Assembly: GCA_964589175.1 (NCBI GenBank)
Contig: CAZPRY010000001.1
Location: forward strand, 56,253-120,252
From: an uncultured bacterium
Lineage (GTDB): Bacteria > Fidelibacterota > UBA2242
DNA: 64,000 nucleotides
Reading direction: 5' to 3'
Shown: positions 38,331 through 46,704 of the stretch, piece after piece
How the letters are laid out: every line of letters begins with the position of its first letter
How positions within the stretch are numbered: position 1 is the stretch's first letter
Position numbers and translations under genes: made by a program
The notes under the pieces: generated by a model
What the model saw: the letters and a program-made list of their open reading frames with translations, nothing else
Told to the model about the DNA's origin: nothing
Database searches by the model: none

Positions 38331-40154
38331 CTGATCCGGTAACTGCTTTTGCGAATCGGTGTCCGTATTGTCGTTCGGGTTGTCTTCGTTCGGGTCGGAA
38401 TAGAAGGCCGTATAGGGCGTCAGGATCTGGAAGCGCAGGCTCAGTTCGATGATCTGATTGACGAGCTCATCGCTTTCACCGTAGGTATCGATGAGGTCCA
38501 GTAAGTGATCGATCTTGGCGTTGGCCCAGAGGCGCGGCACGAAGCGGTGCCCGCCGAGTGTATCGGGAAAGGTGATCGACTTGACATGCTCGAAAGGCTC
38601 CAACCGCATGTCGCCACGCAGGGCGACTTCGAAGATGCCGCTGTTGTTATACAGTCCGACGTAGAGCAGCTGCGTGCCGAAAAACAGGTCGTAAATCGTC
38701 TTGGGATACTGGTCCCAGGTCATCAGCCCGCCGAAGTCGAGATTGATATTCTGCAACACCGGTTTGGAAATTCGCAGGAAGTGGTCGTTGACCACCACGG
38801 CGATGCTATCGTCTGCGGTGATGAATTTAGCGTAGCCGTGATTGTTGAGGGCCAGTTCCTTGAGGAGCAGGCGGTTGAGGTCCTCACCGACGCCGAAGGG
38901 AAAGATACGCACGCCTTTCGAGTTGAGCCGGGTGATTTGGGCGATAATCGAATCGGGAAAGGTTTCGCCCCAGGTGGGACGCCCATCGGTCAGAAAAACC
39001 AGGTTGTTGGAAGTCTGCTCGCCGTAAGATTGCTGCAGCGAGTTCGTCAACGCCTGGCTGATATTGGTCATTCCCAGGGCATAGAGCTGGTACACGAAGT
39101 CTTTGGCCTGGGTGATATTGGCGAAATTGACCGGGACCAGGTCGGACTGGAACTGGCTGACGAAGGTGCCGAAGCTTATAATATTGAAGCGATCGTCGGG
39201 ATTGAGCAAATCCAGGAAATTGTTGAGCGCCTTCTTGACCTGCTGGATGCGCACTCCCTCCATACTCGATGAGACATCGACCGTGAAGACGATATCCTTG
39301 GGGATGATTTCCTCGTTCTCGATTGTATCCGGCGGATTGATCCACAGGGCATAGAAACTGTCGGTGCCGAAGGAATCGGCCGGCGCCGGGCTATACGTCA
39401 GGATTTGCATGTCTACATTTTCGCGTTTGACCTCGAATTCAATCTGCAGGTCTTTATCGGGCAGAAAGTTCTCGTCGCCGTAAAACAGCGTGTAATGATT
39501 CGCGGCGAGTTGCTGAATCTGGGTGGCGGTGGAACTCTGATGCGATGGAGAAGCGAAGCGCTTGAACATTGTCGCAGTTTGGACATCAACATCGACTGAG
39601 ACGGTCAGCAACGGGTGGGGTGAAAGCTCCAGCGTATTCAACAGGAATGTGTAGTAGACGATTCCCAGGTCATAATTCAGCGGTTCCATATAGGTGATCT
39701 CGGTGCGCACTTCGCTGAGCGCGTTGATCGGGGCGATGCTCAGGCGGAAGAGGTTGTCGCCCAGGTACTCGAGCAGGGCGGGGTCGAGATTGCGCCGGAT
39801 CGTCTGGTTATAATCCTGCACCGCCGCCTGCCGCTCGCGTATATTGGCGACATAGTGCTCGCCGTTGAACCAGTAGACCAGTTCGGTCATTGTTGCGTTT
39901 TCGGGAAGCGGGAAGATATAAATGGCCTCGACAGTGGAATTCTTTTCATTGAAAAACATCTGGTCCACATGCGTTACCGCGATCTGACCCTGTATCTCGA
40001 TATCGGCGCTGACGGTTTTTATCCACATTTTTTCGTATTCGGTGCTGGTCCCGATGCGGCGGCAGAACAAGGCTCCGACGGCGAATGTCTGCTCGCCAAA
40101 AGCCAGCAGCAGGACAATCAGAGCCAGAAAAGATAATCGTTGAGAATGGTTCAT
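38049..40154 (-). CDS. Secreted VIT + vWA domain protein with T9SS C-terminal domain (first gene of the five-gene operon)
   Basis: The VIT-like region is QIAVTHVDQMFFNEKNSTVEAIYIFPLPENATMTELVYWFNGEHYVANI. The vWA region is IVFTVDVSSSMEGVRIQQVKKALNNFLDLLNPDDRFNIISFGT. The C-terminal 93 aa are ~90% identical to those of the two repeat proteins. The ATG at 40154 (MNHSQRLSF..., signal peptide) has a GGAGGA SD 8 nt upstream; the track uses a GTG at 40169. Confidence 0.7.
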   Translation of the reverse strand: MNHSQRLSFLALIVLLLAFGEQTFAVGALFCRRIGTSTEYEKMWIKTVSADIEIQGQIAVTHVDQMFFNEKNSTVEAIYIFPLPENATMTELVYWFNGEHYVANIRERQAAVQDYNQTIRRNLDPALLEYLGDNLFRLSIAPINALSEVRTEITYMEPLNYDLGIVYYTFLLNTLELSPHPLLTVSVDVDVQTATMFKRFASPSHQSSTATQIQQLAANHYTLFYGDENFLPDKDLQIEFEVKRENVDMQILTYSPAPADSFGTDSFYALWINPPDTIENEEIIPKDIVFTVDVSSSMEGVRIQQVKKALNNFLDLLNPDDRFNIISFGTFVSQFQSDLVPVNFANITQAKDFVYQLYALGMTNISQALTNSLQQSYGEQTSNNLVFLTDGRPTWGETFPDSIIAQITRLNSKGVRIFPFGVGEDLNRLLLKELALNNHGYAKFITADDSIAVVVNDHFLRISKPVLQNINLDFGGLMTWDQYPKTIYDLFFGTQLLYVGLYNNSGIFEVALRGDMRLEPFEHVKSITFPDTLGGHRFVPRLWANAKIDHLLDLIDTYGESDELVNQIIELSLRFQILTPYTAFYSDPNEDNPNDNTDTDSQKQLPDQFTLQQNYPNPFNATTVISYELPADAANYSVLIRIYDLNGKLIAILVNERQNPGQYRISWNATDDAGQPLPSGIYLCSIRAGEFSTTRKMVLLR

Positions 40155-40163
40155 CGCTAAATC

Positions 40164-40207
40164 CTCCACGTTGTGGAGAAATGTTGATAATATTGCTGCA
40201 TTTCTCC
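40164..40207 (-). promoter_or_regulatory. 5'-leader with two mutually exclusive hairpins overlapping the Shine-Dalgarno of the operon's first gene
   Basis: The mRNA (minus strand) reads GGAGAAAUG-N15-CAUUUCUCC (9-bp stem, 40175-40183 / 40199-40207), followed by UCCAC-AAC-GUGGA (40165-40177). In the second hairpin the GUGGA arm overlaps the GGAGGA SD. Confidence 0.25.
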
Positions 40208-40428
40208 GGAAAATTGTTCAATGAGAAATAGTGCTCCTAATTCACGAAGTAAAAAAACGAACGTAACAATTCCCTCCGATTGCGTCGGAAGGCATTCCGT
40301 TGAGGTAGTTTCCCATCACCAAACCAGGATAGCAACTTTAGTAAATGTTAGGGGATTCCTTTGAAGAACGCAAGTGCTTTTTCGAAAAAGATCCAGGTTG
40401 TCTCCGGATTATCGGGCCTTAGAGGACT

Positions 40429-41661
40429 CTAACTACTCTGATTATAGTTTCGTAATAAATCCAATATCGGAAACATCAGATCTGCGTAGGGTTGAATTTC
40501 CAGAATATTGCGCGTGGCGGTGATGAATCCGCTGATGACGATATCCAAATCCTCGAAGTAAAACATGAAGCATACGAAACCAATCAGGCCGCCGGAGTGA
40601 TAATAGACACGCCCATAGTCTTCGTGAACCATCGTGATCATGCCACACCCATAATCCGAGTTTTCGCTGGGTGTTTGCATTCGGATAAGCGTCGAATCAT
40701 TTTGAAATAATTCACCATCCATCAGGGTCCGCATGAAAGTACTCAGGTCTTTGGGCGTGCTCAGCAAAGCGCCGGCCGCCCAGCCGGCACTCCCGTGGAT
40801 GCGGCTGCCGTCCACGCCGGCCTGATAACCGTGCGCGATCTCGCGGGAGTAATGATCGAAATCCTGCAAAAAGGTATTCTGCAGATTAATTTTATCATAG
40901 ATACGTTCCCGCAGGATGTTATTCAGGGGCTTTCCGCAAACATTCTCCAGAATGCAGCCCAGCAGGATATAGTTGGAGTTGGAATAATCGTATTGCTGGC
41001 CGGGTTCAAAAACGACATACCCCTGATCGACGGTCATCGTAATGATCTCCAGTGGTGTGTAGTGATGCTCGGTCTGCGTTTTAAGCATATTCAGAAATGA
41101 TGTTCGGAAGTAGTTATAGATACCGCTGCGATGGGAAAGAAGTTGGTAGACCGTGATGTCCTGCGAATATTCTCGAAACAGCACCATGGCAATAGGTTCG
41201 GGCAGATATTTGGCAATCGATCCGTTCAAATCGATGCGGTCCTCTTCAACGAGTTGCAGGATCATAGTTGCGATCCAGGTCTTGGTGACGCTGCCTAAAA
41301 TGAAAAGATTGTTCGGTGAGATGGCTTTCGATTTATCGGAATCGGTGTATCCGTAGAGGCTGTTCCAGACCGGATAGCCCCGCTTGTCGACACAAATACC
41401 CGCCGCCAGCAATTCCGGATCAGTCTGGCAGTGCTCCGTTAAAATTGCTTCTAAATCAGCAATCGGTAAAGTGGGTCCGATCGGCGTGTCGTCATCGGGT
41501 TCTTCGGCGGTCGACCCGGGATTCTGCTGGCATTGCATTAACGGAAGGAAAAGCAGAAATAACGCGAGGATCGCAACAGCCTTAAATTCCAATACTCTCC
41601 CCGTAAATCGGAGTTCTTTCACGAATTGAAAGGCTGTCAGAATGGATTTTCCCAGCCGCAT
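40429..41661 (-). CDS. Class-C beta-lactamase-like serine hydrolase (beta-lactamase/transpeptidase fold), exported
   Basis: 410 aa with an N-terminal hydrophobic signal and an S-x-x-K active-site motif (GSVTKTW). Confidence 0.75.
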   Translation of the reverse strand: MRLGKSILTAFQFVKELRFTGRVLEFKAVAILALFLLFLPLMQCQQNPGSTAEEPDDDTPIGPTLPIADLEAILTEHCQTDPELLAAGICVDKRGYPVWNSLYGYTDSDKSKAISPNNLFILGSVTKTWIATMILQLVEEDRIDLNGSIAKYLPEPIAMVLFREYSQDITVYQLLSHRSGIYNYFRTSFLNMLKTQTEHHYTPLEIITMTVDQGYVVFEPGQQYDYSNSNYILLGCILENVCGKPLNNILRERIYDKINLQNTFLQDFDHYSREIAHGYQAGVDGSRIHGSAGWAAGALLSTPKDLSTFMRTLMDGELFQNDSTLIRMQTPSENSDYGCGMITMVHEDYGRVYYHSGGLIGFVCFMFYFEDLDIVISGFITATRNILEIQPYADLMFPILDLLRNYNQSS

Positions 41662-42027
41662 GATTTTCCCCCTCCGTTACGGAATGTACCGATTTGATCA
41701 CCGATATTCAATACTTCAGGCAATTATTCCAGGTGATCATACATATGCAAAGTCAAAACGCATTTTATCTTTTATATGGTTTATACCCGAAAAAGTTGCG
41801 CGATTTATTTAACGGGATCGGGATTCTTAGAGTATTTCTCGACTTTATCCAGGATCGCCTTTACTTTGCGGTAGCGCACAAAGCCCAAGATTAGAGCGAG
41901 TAACTTAGCGGCAGCAGCAAATAGCCGAGGATCGACTGCTCGGGCTGAATTTCCCGGTAAGGTTTCATGATTTCACCGAAATGCGCCTCGCGAAGGTGGA
42001 TCGCCCTCACAGGGCTTTGTTTTCGGT

Positions 42028-43284
42028 TTAATCGTAAATCAAATATTTTTGGCGCATTTTTTCGAACTCCCGCAGCTCCCCGTCCCAGGACCGGATGATC
42101 GTTTCGGCGTCGACATCATTGAGAATCGCCGGTTGGACCTTGTCGGTACCCATGGCTTTTTGAAAGGAGCCGATGCGCGTCGTCTCGAAAATCGGCTGCT
42201 CCGGGTGCAGTTTATGAATTGCTTCGAGAATGTGAATCTGGGTGCGCTGCGGCTGGAATTTGCGAATATCCGTGATGTGAATCTGCACGCCCTGCAATTC
42301 GGCGCCTGCGCGGGTGAAATAGTATGGTTTATAATACAGCGGCCGGAAAAAGACACCCGGCAGCCCGCGGCTGTTCAGCTCGTTGGCCAGCGCCTCTCCG
42401 TCGATCCAGTCTTCACCGATCAGTTCAAAGGGCAGGGTATAACCGATGCCGGTGTCGATCGTATGCAATTCGCCGATGATGCCGGTTGCGGCACAGAAAA
42501 GGGCCGTCTTCCCATGCGGAATGTGCGGCGAAGTGATCACCCATTCCAGGCCGGTGTCGTCGAAAGTCATGCGGCGCTGCCAGCCTTGCATCGGCACCAC
42601 GGTCAGCTTACAATGGATGTCGAATTCAGTGTTGAAAAGTTGCGCCAGCTCGCCGACGGTCAAACCGTAAACGAATGGGATCGGGTACATGCCGATGAAT
42701 GAACTGAACTGCGGGTCGAGCACCGGGCCTTCGACCAGCTCGCCGCCCAGTGGATTGGGACGATCGAGGACGATAAAGGGAATATTGTATTCGGCGGCGG
42801 CCTGCATGGCCTGGGCCATGGTGTAAATATAGGTATAGGCGCGCGAGCCGATATCCTGGATGTCGTAGATCAGGACGTCGAGATCTTTGAGCATCTCCTC
42901 GTTGGGTTTGCGCGTTTTACCATAAAGGGAATAAACCGGGATCCCGGTTTTCGCATCGACGAAATTTTCGATCTCATCGCCGCCGGTGACGGCTCCGCGT
43001 ACGCCGTGTTCGGGACCGAAAAGCGCGACCAGGTCGATTTCGGAATTGTCGTTCAAAATATCGACGGTGGGCACGAGATCGCAATTCACACCGGTGGGAT
43101 TGGTGATCAGACCGATCCGCTTGCCACGCACCAGGTCGAGCTGTTCCCCGATCAGCACGTCAATGCCGAGTTTCACTTTTTCCACTTGCGGAATTTCCTC
43201 CGGCTTGCTCAGTTGGGGTGTACAGGAAACGGTCAGCAATAAAAGTATCGAACCGATTAAGAATAGCCGAAAATCGAATTTCAT
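42028..43284 (-). CDS. DUF1343-family lipoprotein (exo-beta-N-acetylmuramidase NamZ-like)
   Basis: 418 aa. The lipobox is LLTVSC. The DUF1343 N-terminal region is RIGLITNPTGVNCDLVPTVDILND...LFGPEHGVRG. Confidence 0.8.
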   Translation of the reverse strand: MKFDFRLFLIGSILLLLTVSCTPQLSKPEEIPQVEKVKLGIDVLIGEQLDLVRGKRIGLITNPTGVNCDLVPTVDILNDNSEIDLVALFGPEHGVRGAVTGGDEIENFVDAKTGIPVYSLYGKTRKPNEEMLKDLDVLIYDIQDIGSRAYTYIYTMAQAMQAAAEYNIPFIVLDRPNPLGGELVEGPVLDPQFSSFIGMYPIPFVYGLTVGELAQLFNTEFDIHCKLTVVPMQGWQRRMTFDDTGLEWVITSPHIPHGKTALFCAATGIIGELHTIDTGIGYTLPFELIGEDWIDGEALANELNSRGLPGVFFRPLYYKPYYFTRAGAELQGVQIHITDIRKFQPQRTQIHILEAIHKLHPEQPIFETTRIGSFQKAMGTDKVQPAILNDVDAETIIRSWDGELREFEKMRQKYLIYD

Positions 43285-43542
43285 GGTATCTCCATCTCGT
43301 TTGTCAGTTCAGTCGAAAAAAACAGTGGTTCGAAATTACCGAAAAATGCAACGGATTTCCAGTGCCAAAATATTTTTTAACGGAATTGAAAAATTGATCC
43401 GGAAACCGTAAACTCCAGCATTAAAACAGGTGTGATGAAATCGGGATTAAAATATCTAACCGGAAAGTATTTGACGTAGCGATCCGGTTTGGCAATTTGC
43501 GGAGCACTGGCGGGAAAATAAAAGATACAATGGGGAGAGAAT

Positions 43543-44067
43543 ATGTTCATCTTAAAAATAGTTAAAAAGATTATCAAAATTCTGGGTTCGGCAGCCAGCC
43601 CCAATCAGATTGCCTGGGGTTTCAGCCTCGGGATGATCCTGGGCTTAACGCCGTTTTGGAGCCCGCACAATCTGATCGTGATAGTACTGATCATTCTGCT
43701 CAATGTGAATATCGGTTCGGCCGTCTTCGGCTGGGCGATCTTCAGCGGATTTGCCTACCTGCTCGACGGTATTTTCCATAGCCTTGGCTATCTGCTGCTG
43801 GTCGGTGTGGATAGTTTGCAGGGTGTCTGGACCTTCTTCTACAACAGCCCGTTTCTGGCGCTGTTCCGTCTGAATAATACCGTGGTGCTGGGGAGCCTGA
43901 TCATTGCGCTGCTGGCTTTGGTCCCGGTGGTGATATTCATGAAATGGTTCGTTGTTTTTTATCGCAATAACCTGCAAGCCAGAGTCCAAAAATTTAAGAT
44001 CGTGAAGTTGCTGAAGGGTTCCAAGATTTATACGGCTTACGAAAAAATCAAATTATTGGGTGCTTAA
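43543..44067 (+). CDS. Small polytopic membrane protein (TIGR03546-like?)
   Basis: 174 aa with four hydrophobic segments. It ends 1 nt before the start of the next gene, indicating translational coupling. The family call is from memory and is not secure. Confidence 0.5.
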   Translation: MFILKIVKKIIKILGSAASPNQIAWGFSLGMILGLTPFWSPHNLIVIVLIILLNVNIGSAVFGWAIFSGFAYLLDGIFHSLGYLLLVGVDSLQGVWTFFYNSPFLALFRLNNTVVLGSLIIALLALVPVVIFMKWFVVFYRNNLQARVQKFKIVKLLKGSKIYTAYEKIKLLGA

Positions 44068-45915
44068 ATGATACGCTGGAAAGGTTTATTTGTAATAATC
44101 GGAATCGTGATTGTTGTTCTTGTGCTGGGTCTCGTGTTCAGCGATAGCTGGCTGGAGCGCAAGCTTGAAAACGCCGCTTCCGGTATCAACGGCGCAAAAG
44201 TCGAGATCGATGATCTCAACTTCTCGCTGTTTACGCTGGATTTTGGCTGGAAACGCCTGCAGGTCACCGATCCCGGGCAGACGATGCTGAACGCTTTCGA
44301 AACCGGCCCCGGCCGCTTTAACATGGAATTTCTGCCGCTCCTGTCGCGGCGGGTGATTATCGAGAACCTGGAACTGACTCAAATCCGGACGGGAACGCAG
44401 CGCGCCACGGACGGCAAATTGCCGCCCCGGAAGAAAGCGGAGCCGCGCGAGCCGGGTTTCCTCTCGGAGGCTATCGATAAAATCGATGCCGACGTTAAGG
44501 CCAAGGCCCAAATCGAAATCGGCGACATCAAGCAGAAGGCCAATATCGACAGCGTTCTGCAGATTCTGGATATTCGCTCGGTCGGCAAGATCGACTCGCT
44601 GCAGAGCGCCATGGCCGCCAGCTACCAACTCTGGGAAGAGAAAATGACCGGCTTCGATCCCGAGGGCGATCTGCGCGATATCGAGGCCAAGCTAAAAGCT
44701 CTCGATGTTAACAAGATCAAAACGGCGGATGATCTGCAAAAAGCGCTCACTGCCGCAACCCAATTGAAGACCGACGTTGAACGCGTTCAAAAGGACGTGA
44801 AAAGCGTCGGCAGCGACCTGACGAACGACTTTCGGCAGATTCGCGGCGGCCTTGGCAGCGTGGATGATTGGGTGAAACGCGATTATAAGCATGCCCTGAC
44901 ACTGGCGCATTTGCCCGAGATTGACGCTCAGAATATCGGACAGATGATCTTTGGCGAGAAGATTTTCAGCCGCCTGACGACGGCCTTGAAATATATCAAA
45001 GAGCTGCGTTATTACGCCGCTAAAATGAAATCGGATAAACCTGAAAAGGAAAAACCGGCGCGCCTGCGCGGTCAGAATATCGCCTTTCCGGCGAAGGCTA
45101 CGCGGCCGCAATTCTGGATCAAGAATGTCGCTATTACCGGCCAGACCAACGCTGCCGTCGATTACGGCGGAACGGTTAAAAATGTCGTCTCGGATCAGCG
45201 TCAGATTCAGCAGGCGACCGAGATTAAGGTGCAGGGTTCGAACGCGGCTGGCGTAAGTCTTGATTTGGCGGGCGTACTCGATTACCGGGGAGAAAAACCG
45301 GCCGAGCGCTTCGATCTGAATTATACGGGATTCGATCTGGCGGGAACCACGCTCTCCAATTCGAATTTTCTGCCGAATAAACTCAATCGAGGGACCGGCA
45401 AGATCGGGGCGAAACTGGTGCTCGAAGGCAAGCAAATTGACGGAGAGATCGATTTTACCGCGAATGCGCTGGCCTTCGATTTTAGCAAGACGACGCAACC
45501 ACGCAACCGGTTCGAGATGATCGGGCAAAAAATTGCCTGGGCCAATACGGACATTGAGATGACCGGCCTGATCCACGGTGATGAGGATGGATTCCGGCTT
45601 AGCCTGCGTTCCAGCCTTGACGATCAGATCGCCAGGGCGGTCAAGGCCATTGCCGGCCAGGAAGTGGAAAATGCCCGGCGTAAAATTGAAGAAAAAATCG
45701 ATCGGGCAGTCGCAGCCAAACGCGCCGAGTTGGATACTTTCGTGAAGCAGCAGGAGCAGAAATTGCGTGATGAACTGGCGCAATATGAAGCTGAAATCGC
45801 CGAACAGATGAAAGTCGTCGATGCCAGGAAGAAAGAGATTCAGGACCAGATCGACGCCCAAAAGAAAAAAGTGGAAAAACAGGTTAAGGATAAAGTGAAG
45901 AGCCTGATTCCCTGA
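44068..45915 (+). CDS. Membrane-anchored 615-aa protein with AsmA/TIGR03545-like body and Lys/Glu-rich coiled-coil C-terminus
   Basis: An N-terminal TM (LFVIIGIVIVVLVLGLVF) is followed by a long beta-rich region. The C-terminal ~150 aa are a charged coiled coil (KIEEKIDRAVAAKRAELDTFVKQQEQKLRDELAQYEAEIAEQMKVVDARKKEIQDQIDAQKKKVEKQVKDKVK). Confidence 0.5.
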   Translation: MIRWKGLFVIIGIVIVVLVLGLVFSDSWLERKLENAASGINGAKVEIDDLNFSLFTLDFGWKRLQVTDPGQTMLNAFETGPGRFNMEFLPLLSRRVIIENLELTQIRTGTQRATDGKLPPRKKAEPREPGFLSEAIDKIDADVKAKAQIEIGDIKQKANIDSVLQILDIRSVGKIDSLQSAMAASYQLWEEKMTGFDPEGDLRDIEAKLKALDVNKIKTADDLQKALTAATQLKTDVERVQKDVKSVGSDLTNDFRQIRGGLGSVDDWVKRDYKHALTLAHLPEIDAQNIGQMIFGEKIFSRLTTALKYIKELRYYAAKMKSDKPEKEKPARLRGQNIAFPAKATRPQFWIKNVAITGQTNAAVDYGGTVKNVVSDQRQIQQATEIKVQGSNAAGVSLDLAGVLDYRGEKPAERFDLNYTGFDLAGTTLSNSNFLPNKLNRGTGKIGAKLVLEGKQIDGEIDFTANALAFDFSKTTQPRNRFEMIGQKIAWANTDIEMTGLIHGDEDGFRLSLRSSLDDQIARAVKAIAGQEVENARRKIEEKIDRAVAAKRAELDTFVKQQEQKLRDELAQYEAEIAEQMKVVDARKKEIQDQIDAQKKKVEKQVKDKVKSLIP

Positions 45916-45939
45916 TTGACGGAAAAAATCGTTTGATCG

Positions 45940-45976
45940 AACGGCCGCCGGCATTTTATCGACGGCCGTTTTTTAT
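45940..45976 (+). terminator. Rho-independent terminator after the 615-aa gene
   Basis: An 8-bp perfect GC-rich stem (AACGGCCG / CGGCCGTT) with a 15-nt loop, followed by TTTTTTAT. Confidence 0.6.
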
Positions 45977-46043
45977 CGTACCGTTTCTGCAATAATATTG
46001 TTTAATTCAAGGGTGATTTACGGGAAATTATGATGGAACAGGC

Positions 46044-46700
46044 ATGGACGTAATCTACGAGGACAATCATCTGCTGGTGCTGCGCAAACCCGCGGGCGTT
46101 CTGGTTCAGGGCGACCGGACCGGGGACATCTCCCTGCTCGCGATGGCCAAAGAATATATCAAGGAGAAGTACCAGAAACCGGGCGAAGTGTACCTGGGGC
46201 TTGTGCATCGCCTGGACCGACCCGTGTCCGGTGTTGTCGTTCTTGCGCGGACTTCCAAAGCCGCCAGCCGGCTGTCCGAGCAGTTTAAAAAGCGTGAAAT
46301 CCGCAAAATTTACTGGGCCCTGGTCGAAGGCAAAGTGCCGGAAACGGGAATTTTTCACGACCAAGTGCGGCGCGGCGGACACCGCAGCCGGGTGCTTGAT
46401 GATGCCGAAGAAGGCCAGAGCGCCCGCCTAAATTACCGCTTATGCAAATATACGGGCGGCATTTCCTGGGTTGAGATTGATCTGGGTACCGGCCGCCATC
46501 ACCAGATTCGGGCCCAGTTTGCGCATCGCGGTTTTCCGCTGCTGGGCGATTTCCGCTACGGATCACACATAAAATTTCCCGAACGTTCGATTGCCCTGCT
46601 GGCCCGTTCGATCACGGTCAGTCATCCGGTTTTGCATGAGGAAATGACCTTCACTGCCGAGCCGGAAGATTACTGGCAGCCGCAATTCAGAGCCCAATAG
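46044..46700 (+). CDS. rluA: RluA-family pseudouridine synthase (catalytic domain only, no S4 domain)
   Basis: 218 aa. The catalytic Asp motif is HRLDRPVSGVVVLARTSKAASRL, and the N-terminus reads YEDNHLLVLRKPAGVLV. Confidence 0.8.
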   Translation: MDVIYEDNHLLVLRKPAGVLVQGDRTGDISLLAMAKEYIKEKYQKPGEVYLGLVHRLDRPVSGVVVLARTSKAASRLSEQFKKREIRKIYWALVEGKVPETGIFHDQVRRGGHRSRVLDDAEEGQSARLNYRLCKYTGGISWVEIDLGTGRHHQIRAQFAHRGFPLLGDFRYGSHIKFPERSIALLARSITVSHPVLHEEMTFTAEPEDYWQPQFRAQ

Positions 46701-46704
46701 TGCG

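Noticed and set aside
38505-39272. 255-aa plus-strand ORF inside the VIT-vWA gene
   Set aside because: It is antisense to a frame with clear VIT, vWA and T9SS CTD modules.
41890-41968. 25-aa minus-strand ORF (MKPYREIQPEQSILGYLLLPLSYSL) followed out of frame by a Lys-rich hydrophobic stretch. It could be a frameshifted remnant of a small membrane protein.
   Set aside because: It is too short, has no RBS and is not conserved as far as I can judge. It is more likely chance in the intergenic region between the bla-like and DUF1343 genes.
42049-42702. 217-aa plus-strand ORF inside the DUF1343 gene
   Set aside because: It is antisense to the DUF1343 frame.
44692-45954. 420-aa minus-strand ORF opposite the 615-aa membrane/coiled-coil gene
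   Set aside because: The plus-strand gene is translationally coupled to the upstream small membrane gene and ends at a strong terminator. The antisense ORF is a low-complexity mirror of the charged coiled coil.
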